Shown: one piece after another, positions 14,247-23,758 of the stretch
Numbering within the stretch: the first letter of the stretch is position 1
Layout of the letters: each line of letters begins with the position of its first letter
IMG/VR virus record: IMGVR_UViG_3300005758_000048
Span: 1-26,264 of that record
Direction: 5' to 3' (one strand)
From: a virus
Lineage: Duplodnaviria > Caudoviricetes
Length of the DNA stretch: 26,264 bases
Notes under the pieces: generated by a model
What the model saw: only the letters and a program-made list of their open reading frames with translations
The model's database searches: none
Told to the model about the DNA's origin: nothing
Program-made: the position numbers and the translations under genes

Positions 14247-16429
14247 TTACGGCTTCCTCTGATTGTTGGATTCTGCCTGTTCTCGCGACGGGTTTTTTCA
14301 AACTCGTCTTCGAGCGTGCCTTCAAGCTGCTTGACCGCTGCAGTAGTATCTTCGACCGGCGTGCGTTGGTCCAGTGCTTCATAAATTGCACGTTGGCCTT
14401 CGATGGTGTTTTTGGAGACCGCTTCGATGCCGTGCGTTTGAGCGCGGCCAGTTTCCGCCACGCCCTTCTGTAAGGTCTTCGCGAGTTGTTGCCCAGGTGG
14501 TGCCTGACCTGCAGCCTGCATCTGTGCCATCAGTGCATCGCGTTCGGCTTTCGCGGCAGCTTCACGGGCTTCCGCGTCAGCCTTGCGTTTCTCCGCGGCG
14601 GCGGCTTCCTGTGCCTTGATTTCCGCGGCCCGTGCATCAGCTGCGGTGACAGCGTTTGCCAGCTCCTGCCTGACGGCGTCCATTTCGCGGTTATACGCCT
14701 CACGCTGCTGCTGATATTCTTCCTGCCGAGCCTCTTCGCGTGTCCGCTGCTCTTCTGCCATTCGCTCGACGTGCGTTTTGCGATTGGGGACGTCGCGGCC
14801 GATCAGCCTGTTGCCCCAGTCTACAGTCGCCTGGAGCCCGTCGCGGATTTCGGCGAACAGTTCGGCCGGCCCGCTTGAAGCCATGTCCCAAAATTGCATC
14901 CAGGTTTCTTCGAGTAGAATCAAGCCCTCATTGAAGAACGCGCGGGTCTCGATGAAGCCCATCTGCACAGCCGATTTAATCCCGACCCATGCAAGCTTCA
15001 TCGCGGATTCAAAATCACCGGCCTTGATCAAAGCAACCATGGAGTGCCAGGCTGGCTCAAAATCGCTCTTGATTGCTGAGGCGAGAGACTCGAGCGCCCC
15101 AGTTGAGTAGAGAATCGCGGCGGTGGCAGCGGCCAGAATCGCGGGAATGGCGATCCACGGCGACATCATCGCGCCCACAACAGCCCCGAGGACTCCGGCG
15201 ACAACAGACAGCGCGGCCATCACCTTCGCCACGGCGATCAGAACCACGGATCCGGCGGCAAGTGCAGCGAAGAATTTGACCAGCGACACTACCAGATGCT
15301 GATTCGCGGCAATCCATGTTGTGACCTTGCCGACGGTCTCCGTGATCCAGGTCCCAAACTGGTCCAGCATTGGTGCGAGAGCCTCGCCGATTGCAATGCC
15401 GGCACCCTCAAGCGCTGAAGTGAATCGACGCCAGACGCCACCAGGACCGGCGTCCATCTGCTCTGAGGTTTTCTGTGCCACGCCACCAGCGTTCTGCAGC
15501 TCTTTGGCAAGCTTCGCCGTGTCCGCTGCGGTGTTTGCGATGACTGTCGCCCCGGTAATGCCCAGCAGCCCGAAGGCCTCATTCATCTTCGCCACTCGCT
15601 CACCAGTTGGCAGGGTATTGGTGGCGGCGGCCAGCTCCCCCATCACAGTGACAAGCGGCCGGATGTTGCCAGCAGCATCGAGAAACTCGACGCCAAACAG
15701 CTCCCGCATTTTGTCCGCTTCCGCAGCTGTGATCGTGCCGAGGCGGCGGAGTGCTGTACCTGCATTGCTACCCTGAATGCCAACATTTCCCAACGTGCCG
15801 AGGATTGCGACGGTGTCCTCAAGCGACATGCCAAGATCAGCAGCAACCGGCCCCGCGTAACTGAGCGCCTCGCCCAGCTGTTCAACGGAATTGAACGTCG
15901 CGTTTGCCGCCAGCGTCATCACGTCTGCAACGCGCGTCGCGTGTTCGGCTCCGAGCGAAAACTGGCGGAGCGTCGCAGCCATGATTCCCGAGGCCATCAC
16001 AGCATCAGTGCCCGATGCCCGGGACAGGTTCAGGACCGCGGCCGTCATCGCATCGATTTCGTCCGGACTGAAACCAGCTTTGCCTAGTTCGCCCATCAAT
16101 TGAGCGACCTGCGCAGCAGTGAATGATGTTGTGCGGCCCAGCTCCAGCGCTGTGTTCCGCATCTGCTCAAGCTGTGCACCAGTGGCTTGTGAGACCGCAC
16201 CAGTCATGCGAATGGCATCATCGAACGCGATCAGCTGGGAGACTGGCAGCACGGTTGCAGCAAGCCCACCAAAGCCAGCAGCGAAGGCCTTCGAGCCGAT
16301 GCGTTGAACGTTGGCCCCGAACTGCCTGAGGCGTCTTTCGGCAACCGACAGCCCACGTTTTAGTGGGTTGTCTTCGAGGAAGAATTCGACGAACGCTCGC
16401 CCCGCTCGAACTGATCGACTTGATGCCAT
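14243..16429 (-). CDS. Tape measure protein (TP901-like core)
   Basis: ALELGRTTSFTAAQVAQLMGELGKAGF, ATRVADV, LGEALSYAGPVA, GIQGSNAGTALR; hydrophobic middle segment. Confidence 0.95.
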   Translation of the reverse strand: MASSRSVRAGRAFVEFFLEDNPLKRGLSVAERRLRQFGANVQRIGSKAFAAGFGGLAATVLPVSQLIAFDDAIRMTGAVSQATGAQLEQMRNTALELGRTTSFTAAQVAQLMGELGKAGFSPDEIDAMTAAVLNLSRASGTDAVMASGIMAATLRQFSLGAEHATRVADVMTLAANATFNSVEQLGEALSYAGPVAADLGMSLEDTVAILGTLGNVGIQGSNAGTALRRLGTITAAEADKMRELFGVEFLDAAGNIRPLVTVMGELAAATNTLPTGERVAKMNEAFGLLGITGATVIANTAADTAKLAKELQNAGGVAQKTSEQMDAGPGGVWRRFTSALEGAGIAIGEALAPMLDQFGTWITETVGKVTTWIAANQHLVVSLVKFFAALAAGSVVLIAVAKVMAALSVVAGVLGAVVGAMMSPWIAIPAILAAATAAILYSTGALESLASAIKSDFEPAWHSMVALIKAGDFESAMKLAWVGIKSAVQMGFIETRAFFNEGLILLEETWMQFWDMASSGPAELFAEIRDGLQATVDWGNRLIGRDVPNRKTHVERMAEEQRTREEARQEEYQQQREAYNREMDAVRQELANAVTAADARAAEIKAQEAAAAEKRKADAEAREAAAKAERDALMAQMQAAGQAPPGQQLAKTLQKGVAETGRAQTHGIEAVSKNTIEGQRAIYEALDQRTPVEDTTAAVKQLEGTLEDEFEKTRRENRQNPTIRGSRK

Positions 16430-16436
16430 GTAAACC

Positions 16437-16652
16437 TCACAGCCATCTTAAGAGCGGGGAAACCTCAGGGCGTTTTTTCTTTGCTTTGCGGCGCTGTCTG
16501 TACGGGTTGAGTTTCGCGGGATCAATTGGGTTTTTGGTCCGCTGAGAGTTGACCACTGCAGCCATGATCGAAGCGGCCTTTTCCCATTCCTCACACCGGC
16601 GGGATTGGTCCATCAGGTCCAGCTCCCGCCAGGTGTAAGGATCGGGATTCAT
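16437..16652 (-). CDS. Tail assembly chaperone, downstream (gpT-like) segment
   Basis: (PWELIWAAAGRLG)MNPDPYTWRELDLM...LNPY immediately before the tape measure gene; probably expressed as a -1 frameshift fusion. Confidence 0.65.
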   Translation of the reverse strand: MNPDPYTWRELDLMDQSRRCEEWEKAASIMAAVVNSQRTKNPIDPAKLNPYRQRRKAKKKRPEVSPLLRWL

Positions 16653-16678
16653 GCCGAGGCGACCAGCCGCGGCCCAGA

Positions 16679-17125
16679 TCAGTTCCCAGGGATCTCCGGC
16701 ATCAGGTTCAGGGCCAGCATCTCCTTCGCTACCTGATTCTCCAGATCGGTCTCGCTGATTTTTTGAGCGAGAGCCGTTCGAGCGGACTGAATCGTCCTCA
16801 AACTCTTCGTCAGTGCGGCGGCCTTGTCCGGCTCGCCGCACGATTGGAAAAAATCGTGTAGCGCCTCAGTCGCCCCGCGAATCAGTGCGGCAACATCGGA
16901 TCCGATAGCCTGCTCTGCGAGTTGCTCCTGATCCTCAATATCGCGGACATTGAAGAACTCGCAAACAACCGGCCAACAGACAGCAGACGACGAAAGAAAA
17001 TCGCTGAAGGCCTTCGAGTCCGCGCCGAGTAGGTCCACATTATGGACCCGCTTGATGCGCCTCAAAAGCCCCAGCGTCGCCTCACACTGCAGCGTCCGGC
17101 CGAAACTCAGGGTAACCTGGGGCAT
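16679..17125 (-). CDS. Tail assembly chaperone (gpG-like)
   Basis: 148 aa between the tail tube and tape measure genes; GGAGG RBS; ALHDFF motif. Confidence 0.75.
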   Translation of the reverse strand: MPQVTLSFGRTLQCEATLGLLRRIKRVHNVDLLGADSKAFSDFLSSSAVCWPVVCEFFNVRDIEDQEQLAEQAIGSDVAALIRGATEALHDFFQSCGEPDKAAALTKSLRTIQSARTALAQKISETDLENQVAKEMLALNLMPEIPGN

Positions 17126-17325
17126 CAGCCTTCACCCTCCTCCGCCGGAGCGGCAGCGGCCTTCAGTGCGGCGTCGATTCGTGCCTGCACAAAATTGGGG
17201 TCCGCCATCCGCTCAGGGCCTGCTACGCGGGCCTCAGGGAGCGTCATAAAGGGAACTGGATAGAACTTTATGAGAGTCCCATCTGAGTTGCGAAGATAGT
17301 GCGGAACTGGTGCTTTGTCACTCAC
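17125..17325 (-). CDS. Small hypothetical protein
   Basis: 66 aa, GGAGAG RBS, TGATG overlap with the chaperone start. Confidence 0.6.
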   Translation of the reverse strand: MSDKAPVPHYLRNSDGTLIKFYPVPFMTLPEARVAGPERMADPNFVQARIDAALKAAAAPAEEGEG

Positions 17326-17364
17326 TGAACTCTCCCGAATGAGTCAGAGAAGATGGAGTGAAAA

Positions 17365-17841
17365 TCACGGTGCGGCGGTTGTGGTCGTCGCGCCCGAAAT
17401 CGTGGTGTAGGTTGGCGTGAATGTGGAGACAGCGGCAGGCTTCAGGCCGAACTCAACTGAGTCGAAGGCGGCGAGGTCCTGAGGCTTTGGCGCGCTGACA
17501 ACAACGCAATCGATGAACATCCCTTTGGTGCCGTTGACGTTGATGGCGCCATCCATGTCGGCAATCGCAACAGGCGTTCCGTTGCGGTATGCGGTCCAGA
17601 GGATTGCCTGAGCGGCGTCGGCCGGGTCATAGGTGCACGGCACCGTGTAGGTCACGGTGCGTTTGCCGGTGCCGTAGAGGACGAAATCACCGCGGCGGTT
17701 GACCACTTCAGCCTCTGATCGGCTGTCCTCATTGCCCACCGATTCGGCAAGGTCCAATTCAGACCACGTGATCGACGTTCCAGCCATGTGCAGCGTGGAG
17801 CTGACGTACAGCTTGTTGCGTAAGCCGTGCTTGTATCCCAT
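17365..17841 (-). CDS. Major tail tube protein with C-terminal TTTTAAP tag
   Basis: 158 aa, beta-rich acidic sequence in the tail-tube position. Confidence 0.8.
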   Translation of the reverse strand: MGYKHGLRNKLYVSSTLHMAGTSITWSELDLAESVGNEDSRSEAEVVNRRGDFVLYGTGKRTVTYTVPCTYDPADAAQAILWTAYRNGTPVAIADMDGAINVNGTKGMFIDCVVVSAPKPQDLAAFDSVEFGLKPAAVSTFTPTYTTISGATTTTAAP

Positions 17842-18519
17842 TTAGAAGATCTCCCGGAAGATGCGAGGAACTTGACGATCAAGGGCGGTATCGAAGGCTG
17901 GCGACATGTACGGATGAGCTTTGATTCGCTTCGGCTTTTTGGTGAAGTTTGCCCGGACTTTGCCGTCCGACAACTTGAACCACTGCGGAACGTAGGCGCT
18001 CGACATTCCACCCTCTTCAAGGATGCCTGGAATATCAGAGCGCTGGAAAATGACGGGGCCGATTACAACCGAGGCGAGATTCGGTTCGACGATGAAAATG
18101 ATGAGGTCCTTGAAGCGGCTGAACTTCTTGCCGCTGTAGGTGTAGTTCAGCGTGTACTGAGGCGGCTTGCCCGGGGCCCCGGAAGTCTGCGGCCATGGTG
18201 CCACCAGCTCACGCAGTGAGAGCTCCTGAGCCTTTTTCGCACCTGCCACGAATCGCCCGCGAACGTCGCGTTTTGTCGATTGTGGCTGTGCGGCTTCGCC
18301 GAGCAACTCCTTGATATCTGCCGGCAATTCATCGACCCGCATATCACGCGAAGGCTTAATGGAGTTGCGCGCCGTCCGCATGGTGTAGCCACCGAAAATC
18401 GCGAGGCGACGACGGGCGACCTTGTCCAGTCGGTTGATGACTGCGGGACGATCGAGAAACAGCTTTTTGGCCTGCTTTACGGTCATCCGAACAGCGAATT
18501 GAGTTGGCATCTGACTCAC
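17842..18519 (-). CDS. Neck/tail completion protein (HK97 gp10-like)
   Basis: FLDRPAV...FGGY.MRTARNSI...PGKPP...VVIGP...LEEGG...HPYMSPAF; start GTG 18519 (GTGA overlap) or ATG 18510. Confidence 0.75.
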   Translation of the reverse strand: MSQMPTQFAVRMTVKQAKKLFLDRPAVINRLDKVARRRLAIFGGYTMRTARNSIKPSRDMRVDELPADIKELLGEAAQPQSTKRDVRGRFVAGAKKAQELSLRELVAPWPQTSGAPGKPPQYTLNYTYSGKKFSRFKDLIIFIVEPNLASVVIGPVIFQRSDIPGILEEGGMSSAYVPQWFKLSDGKVRANFTKKPKRIKAHPYMSPAFDTALDRQVPRIFREIF

Positions 18520-18869
18520 TGCCAGACCCTCGTCACATAGACTTTCGCCGTCTGCTCTGCGTCCCACCATTGCCAATGTCGGCCGGTGCTCGCAGACTCG
18601 CAAAAGCGGTAGTCGATCTCATTGACGGTGAGCAAATCGCCCAGCTCAATATCTTCGGGGCAGGCGTCTTCACCAATGAGCCAGATATGTTCCTGACTGT
18701 CAATGGCGAACTCACCGCCCATCTGCTGCATGTATCGCAGGGCAGAGATTTTGACGATGGTGATGTCTTCGACGATCGTCTCAGTGCCACGTGTGATGGT
18801 GCCAGTAACGCCGGCGACTTGCCGCGTTCTGCTCCTCACGTGTTGGGCCGCTTCGAGTCGTCGAGTCAT
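18516..18869 (-). CDS. Head-tail joining/head closure protein (gpFII-like)
   Basis: 117 aa; IELGDLLTV...YR pattern; position after the capsid genes. Confidence 0.65.
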   Translation of the reverse strand: MTRRLEAAQHVRSRTRQVAGVTGTITRGTETIVEDITIVKISALRYMQQMGGEFAIDSQEHIWLIGEDACPEDIELGDLLTVNEIDYRFCESASTGRHWQWWDAEQTAKVYVTRVWQ

Positions 18870-18883
18870 GTCATGCCGTGATA

Positions 18884-18920
18884 GAAAAACAGGTTGCAGG
18901 CGTCCTGCTCTGCAACCTGT
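18884..18920 (-). terminator. Rho-independent terminator after the capsid/decoration genes
   Basis: Perfect 11-bp inverted repeat ACAGGTTGCAG/CTGCAACCTGT (18889-18920) running into TTTTTCT on the minus strand. Confidence 0.8.
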
Positions 18921-18944
18921 GCGAGGTTATTGAGGAATCACAGA

Positions 18945-19337
18945 TCAGGGAGCGGCGGTTGTGGTCGTCGGCACCTGAGCGGTGTTGAGCGGCTGCCCGG
19001 CGTTGTTCAGGCAGACGATTCCGTGCGTCGCGTTGAGGGCCTTGTTTTTCACGTAGGTGCCAATATTGGTCCCGCCGCTGAGGACAAGTTTCTGGGTTGT
19101 GAAATTGAAGTTGGCGGGCTGGCCTGCGGCGATTGCCGCGAAGTTCCCGGCTTCAATTTTCAGGACGATCTCAGTCTCAAGCGACGGGATAACCGCGCCT
19201 GAGGCGACCGTCTGAGTGCCGCCGTAATAGCCCACACGGCCATCAGGGCAGAGGTGCAGGTGTCCGCTTTGCACTTCACGCGCGGCGGTCACATTTTCAA
19301 CAATCGAGTATTCACCGTGTACGGTTGCTGCTGGCAT
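18945..19337 (-). CDS. Capsid decoration/cement protein (DUF2190-like) with C-terminal TTTTAAP tag
   Basis: 130 aa after the major capsid gene; small G/A-rich beta protein ending VCLN plus a Thr-rich extension. Confidence 0.65.
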   Translation of the reverse strand: MPAATVHGEYSIVENVTAAREVQSGHLHLCPDGRVGYYGGTQTVASGAVIPSLETEIVLKIEAGNFAAIAAGQPANFNFTTQKLVLSGGTNIGTYVKNKALNATHGIVCLNNAGQPLNTAQVPTTTTAAP

Positions 19338-19522
19338 CAGCGCTTACCTTTGCGATTGAATTCAGGGGGAGGAGGTGTCTCGGTTTCCTCAGGCTGCGGG
19401 GCCGGTGTGACCAGCCCCTGCAGTTGAAGAGACTCGAACCGATCCGGCGTCAGCTCGACAATGTCGCCAGCCTCGTGAAGGCCGTCGTCGATGAATCGCC
19501 GTGTGACAAGTGCGAGTGGCAT
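19337..19522 (-). CDS. Small capsid-associated protein
   Basis: 61 aa; AGDIVELT....L...GLV pattern typical of small post-capsid genes; TGATG overlap. Confidence 0.7.
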   Translation of the reverse strand: MPLALVTRRFIDDGLHEAGDIVELTPDRFESLQLQGLVTPAPQPEETETPPPPEFNRKGKR

Positions 19523-19533
19523 GGAATGGGTTC

Positions 19534-21828
19534 TCAGGCGTTGTTGCGTTGGATGGACTTGCGACGGATCGGGGCGATGCCTGCAGCCATTGAGCAGTCA
19601 TACCAGAATCCGAATTGACCGTTGCCCAGCGTGCCCGTCCGCATGCGGGGAGCACGTCCGAGGCCAGCGACGTAAACCAGCTCAATTGACGGCTGGCGGG
19701 TGTCAGCGATCCACCAGGAGGTTGGCACGCCAGCAACAGTTGCCGGCACGTCGTCAGTGGAGAGCGGATCGGGAAATCCGTTGTCGATGCGAGCATCTGA
19801 CAGGACCCCGCCAATCTGACCAGCCAGCACGTTGAGCGAGGTGCGGGTGGCGTTCTCGCCGGTGATCAGCGCGGTTGGGCTGAGCAGTTCTGCAGCCGTG
19901 AAACGGTTGGCGCGAGAGACGATCAGCCGGGTCGGCTGCACGTCCACATTCACGCCGTTTTCCGCCTGCGTCTCGAAGGCGGTGAGAGCGGCCAGCAGAT
20001 TGGTTCGGCTGAGTGCCGAGGTGGTCCGCAGGTTCCCGTCAGTGGCGTTGAAAAACGCTCTGCCGTTCTTCATCGTCGGGTTGGCGATGAGCACGTAGGC
20101 GATCAAGTCATAGAGCAGGCGGCGGGACCGCTGACCCATGACGTCACCAGCTGAGCGGAGCGAGTCAAAGCGTTCGTCGATCAGGTCCTGCTCAGAGAAC
20201 TGGAACCGATCGGCGTACATGTAGGCGCGGACCTCTTCGCCGGTTGCGGAAAGCGTGATATCTTTCGCCACGCCCTGATTGGGAAGACGTCGCGGCGTCC
20301 CGCCCTGCAGCTCCATTTGCTTCCGCTCGTTGAGCATGAAGTTTGGAACGTCGGACTCCATCACCAGCTCCATCAGCTGGGATGTCTGCTCGACGTAGCT
20401 GGCCATCACGCGAGCGTTGACGGCCTGCGTGTACATGTCCATGATCGAAGCGGAACTGAATGCAGCTCGGAGCCACTCTTCGCTGGACGGCCGGCCCATC
20501 TGTGACAGGTCGATGCCATTGAGTCGAGCGGCAGCGGCGAACAGGTCAACCATCGAGTGATTGGCGAGGCGGTCGGCCTGCTCCATCGCCTGCTGACGCA
20601 GCGGGTCATTGACCGGGCGCGTCATGCTGGCGTTGAGTCGCTGCATCTGGCGTGAGGTGCGGTCGACGTAGCAGGCGTGATCCGGAGCCACTCCGAGGCG
20701 GTAAGCGAATGCGGCTGCAAGTGCTGCCTGCATGACTTCGCGGCTGCCCTGCGGCTGACCGTTGGCACCACCGCCGGTGGTTCGCGGGGCTTCAGGGCGT
20801 CGCTGGCGGAGGCCTTCCAGCTCCATCCGTTCAACGGTCCAGCGGTTTGCGATTGCGTGCGCCAGCAGGCTGACTCGCTGCCCACCAATGGTCACTTCCG
20901 GATTGCCCAGTGAGGCGTTCAAGTTGGTGAGTGCCTGGACTCGCTGAGCAGCTTCCGCCGCCTGACGCTCGATGTCAGTGAGAGCAGGCGCGACGGGCTG
21001 CTGTGCAGTTGCCTGAGCCTGACTCTGAGCGGGCTGCTGAGCGGGCTGCTGAGTGTCTGCGGTGGTTGCAGCCTGAGTACCAGTTGCTGCCTGAGTGTTG
21101 GCAGCAGCATCCTGATTCGTGGTCTGCTGTGCGGCGGCGGAGTCGTCTTCCGCGCCGGGATGTGCGGCCAGCCACTGCTGCTTCAGAGCAGCGATTGCCG
21201 CATCGGTGAGACTCGCCAGAGTGAGGCCGAGACTCTTCAGATACTGAGTGAAAGTCATTTGTGCTCCTTGGCCGAAACTTGCGGCGAGGCGGGCGACGGC
21301 GCCACCGGCATCCGCGCCAGTGGCAGTAAAAGTGATCTCCCTTAGCTCGCCATTCCTAGCGAGGAAGAATGGACCTGTCAACGTTTGTCCATTGATTTGT
21401 AATGTGGTGCCTTCCGGGATTGATTGGATGTCGTTCCGATCGGCGACAACGCCAACGGATAACTGCCACTCAAATCCGTTCGCGGCTGACATAATCACCT
21501 GATCGCGCGATGGTGTTTCCGCGCTCGTGATTGCATAGCCGGTAATGGTGTCAGGTCCAATCTGAATCCCTTCAGTGTGACCCACAGGCTTCGTATTGTC
21601 GTGATCGAGCAGCGCCGGGACCGGCATTCCATCGACGATGCGAAGCGTTGACAGGTCGAACACGACAGGCTGAGACATGGTTGGCAAATAAGCCTTGCCA
21701 CCGGTGTAGGCGAGCAGTTTGAATTTGCGGACCTTGTCCTTTCCCGTGGCAGCTTCGAGAACCGCGCGGCCCCCGAACAGGGGAAAGGTAATCGGACTTG
21801 CAGCATTGAGTGTGATCGGCTTAGTCAT
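19534..21828 (-). CDS. Prohead protease-scaffold-major capsid fusion (Mu gpT-like capsid domain)
   Basis: Protease motifs AYTGG, LLDHD...VGH, WQLSVG, LREITF...GAD; Q/A-rich scaffold linker; capsid motifs DVPNF, QDLIDE.F, PTRLIV, IELVYV.G...P. Start MTKPITL at 21828 with AGGAG RBS. Confidence 0.9.
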   Translation of the reverse strand: MTKPITLNAASPITFPLFGGRAVLEAATGKDKVRKFKLLAYTGGKAYLPTMSQPVVFDLSTLRIVDGMPVPALLDHDNTKPVGHTEGIQIGPDTITGYAITSAETPSRDQVIMSAANGFEWQLSVGVVADRNDIQSIPEGTTLQINGQTLTGPFFLARNGELREITFTATGADAGGAVARLAASFGQGAQMTFTQYLKSLGLTLASLTDAAIAALKQQWLAAHPGAEDDSAAAQQTTNQDAAANTQAATGTQAATTADTQQPAQQPAQSQAQATAQQPVAPALTDIERQAAEAAQRVQALTNLNASLGNPEVTIGGQRVSLLAHAIANRWTVERMELEGLRQRRPEAPRTTGGGANGQPQGSREVMQAALAAAFAYRLGVAPDHACYVDRTSRQMQRLNASMTRPVNDPLRQQAMEQADRLANHSMVDLFAAAARLNGIDLSQMGRPSSEEWLRAAFSSASIMDMYTQAVNARVMASYVEQTSQLMELVMESDVPNFMLNERKQMELQGGTPRRLPNQGVAKDITLSATGEEVRAYMYADRFQFSEQDLIDERFDSLRSAGDVMGQRSRRLLYDLIAYVLIANPTMKNGRAFFNATDGNLRTTSALSRTNLLAALTAFETQAENGVNVDVQPTRLIVSRANRFTAAELLSPTALITGENATRTSLNVLAGQIGGVLSDARIDNGFPDPLSTDDVPATVAGVPTSWWIADTRQPSIELVYVAGLGRAPRMRTGTLGNGQFGFWYDCSMAAGIAPIRRKSIQRNNA

Positions 21829-23374
21829 TTTGCGGATCTCCTGGAGGACGGCCGGGAGTCGGTGACGTGCCACGGCCCGGTCCGAGAATTGCCATTGATG
21901 CTTCGGGAAACAAAGTGCGAAATCGAGCCTCCCGAAATTGCTCAACCGTGATTCCGTAGGACCGGGCGGCGGCGAGGTCTTCTTCCTCCGGGTCCACCCC
22001 GTCGTCTTCTTGCCAGAACGCAGGTGACGTGAGCCCAGACTGGCAAGCCTTCTGCCTTCCGGCGTATTCGCGGTTGGTGTCTTGGTGCCGCCTGCGCGTC
22101 CATCTCCATTCATGCGAGTCAAGAGCCTGAGCGGCCACAGCAGCGGGAATGAGTCCCAGCAAAACAGCTTCTTCCAGGAAGTGCTTCAGGAGTTTGTCCA
22201 GGCAGTGCAGTTCCCAATCCTGCCGCTGAACGTCGACGTCAAGCTCGTAATCTTGGCGGCCCAGTTGCCCACCGGCGAAGTTCATTCCGCTTGCGTCCCC
22301 GGTTGCGATTTGTGCAGGCTGCCCCAGCGGTCGGGCTGCAGCTGCAACGTTTGTGCGAGTGAATTTGTCATGCGAGGCGGTGGGCTGCTCCGGCTTCAAC
22401 TGCGTCGCTTTGTGACCGGCCGGCAAGAATGTCTGCATCCCGTAGCCGATTTGCATCTGAACATCTGGGTCCACTGGATCGTAAGCGACCTCCCCATCCT
22501 CAAAGCGGTCCACAGCGGTTTCGATGAGGACGGTGTGTTTCGCAGCGGTGGCGGCGGAGTCAATGACAGCGCGGTCATAGACCCGCATCATCGGGCCTTT
22601 GCCGATCGATGTGGCCAGTTCCGGATATCCGCGTTTCTGCGACGGTCTGACCCACTGCCAGACCGAAATCACATACTCTGCCGAAATCGGCGTCGTGGTC
22701 ATCGAGAATTCGTCGGCCGGATGTGCGGGCAGAATGTGGTAGAGGACTGGGTCGCCCTGCGAGTCCAACTCGATCCCGTCGAGCAGGTATCGAGTGTTCC
22801 ACTTTTCGCCGGTGATTGAGCCGACAGGGGCAGTGATTTGCTCCTCCTCAAACGGCACGAAATTCAGCGAAATCTGCGGCGTGGTGGATTCCGGCACTGC
22901 CCGATTTGTGATCATGGCAAAGCCGGTACCGTCGGTGATTTTGGCCCATGCCATGACTCGCATTTTTCGGGCGCCGTTGATTGACTTGAACCACGCGTTG
23001 AACAGGCGTTCCACTTGTCGAGCGGCCGGGCTGTTGCCTTCCAGTTTCACTTCGAGGAACGGGCCGCGTCCGATAACCCAGTTGACGGCCTGACGTGCGG
23101 CGCCGTTGAACCACTCGTTCGCCTGGAGAATTTCGTATCGCGAGCGGTCCACCAGCGTTCGGCGGGTTTGCCGGTCAAATGATGTAAGGCCGGATTCGTG
23201 CAATGCGCGGCCGAACAGCTCGTTCAGCTCGGGGCTGGATTCAGCGTAGTCAAAAGCCGCGTTGAGGTTGACTCGCTGCGGGTCGATTTGCTGAATCGCC
23301 AGCCTCCGTTTGCGACTGCGTCGGGCCTGCTGCTGAGTGATCCGTGGCGTGTTTTCTGCATTGTTCATGGTCAT
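21821..23374 (-). CDS. Portal protein, lambda family
   Basis: LVDRSRYE..AN, VIGRGP, DGIELDSQGDPVLYHI, RPSQKRGYP, TGDASGMNFAGGQL; start MTMNN by ATGA overlap. Confidence 0.93.
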   Translation of the reverse strand: MTMNNAENTPRITQQQARRSRKRRLAIQQIDPQRVNLNAAFDYAESSPELNELFGRALHESGLTSFDRQTRRTLVDRSRYEILQANEWFNGAARQAVNWVIGRGPFLEVKLEGNSPAARQVERLFNAWFKSINGARKMRVMAWAKITDGTGFAMITNRAVPESTTPQISLNFVPFEEEQITAPVGSITGEKWNTRYLLDGIELDSQGDPVLYHILPAHPADEFSMTTTPISAEYVISVWQWVRPSQKRGYPELATSIGKGPMMRVYDRAVIDSAATAAKHTVLIETAVDRFEDGEVAYDPVDPDVQMQIGYGMQTFLPAGHKATQLKPEQPTASHDKFTRTNVAAAARPLGQPAQIATGDASGMNFAGGQLGRQDYELDVDVQRQDWELHCLDKLLKHFLEEAVLLGLIPAAVAAQALDSHEWRWTRRRHQDTNREYAGRQKACQSGLTSPAFWQEDDGVDPEEEDLAAARSYGITVEQFREARFRTLFPEASMAILGPGRGTSPTPGRPPGDPQND

Positions 23375-23556
23375 GGTCTCGGGTGTGTGAGGCGGGTGCG
23401 TTTGAGCATTGAGCGGCCTGGGGGTGTGGCTTCGGCGGCAGCCTGTTGGGCCTTCCATCGCTCGAAGGCGATGCGGTCCTGCAGGCTGTGCTCTTCAATT
23501 GTCTCACCACCAATTACGCTTCTTTTTGGGGCGGCTGCTGCTTCCTCTGGAGTCAT
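23371..23556 (-). CDS. Head completion/adaptor protein (gpW-like position)
   Basis: 61 aa, PKRSVIGGETIEEHSLQDRIAFERW, directly before the portal gene. Confidence 0.65.
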   Translation of the reverse strand: MTPEEAAAAPKRSVIGGETIEEHSLQDRIAFERWKAQQAAAEATPPGRSMLKRTRLTHPRP

Positions 23557-23758
23557 TCTTTTGGCCCTCCTCAGCGGCCAGCTTTTTCTGCAAATAGTCG
23601 TTCGGCGTCTGCGTTCTATTCGTAGCGAAACAGACCGTACATTTCCAGATAGCGTTGATAAATCCGCGGGTCTTGTACTGACGAATGATCGTGAATTGTG
23701 GGCAGCCACACATGCAGCAGCCGTCTGGCAGGTTGAGGTTGTGTTGTTGAGCGGTCAT
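23504..23758 (-). CDS. Zinc-ribbon protein (Ogr/NrdR-N-like)
   Basis: CCMCGC...WKCTVC; AAGGAGG RBS; ATGA overlap with the terminase C-terminal frame. Confidence 0.7.
   Translation of the reverse strand: MTAQQHNLNLPDGCCMCGCPQFTIIRQYKTRGFINAIWKCTVCFATNRTQTPNDYLQKKLAAEEGQKNDSRGSSSRPKKKRNWW

Noticed and set aside
21829-22122. 98-aa N-terminal extension of the capsid ORF
   Set aside because: Lies inside the portal gene; ATG 21828 has an RBS
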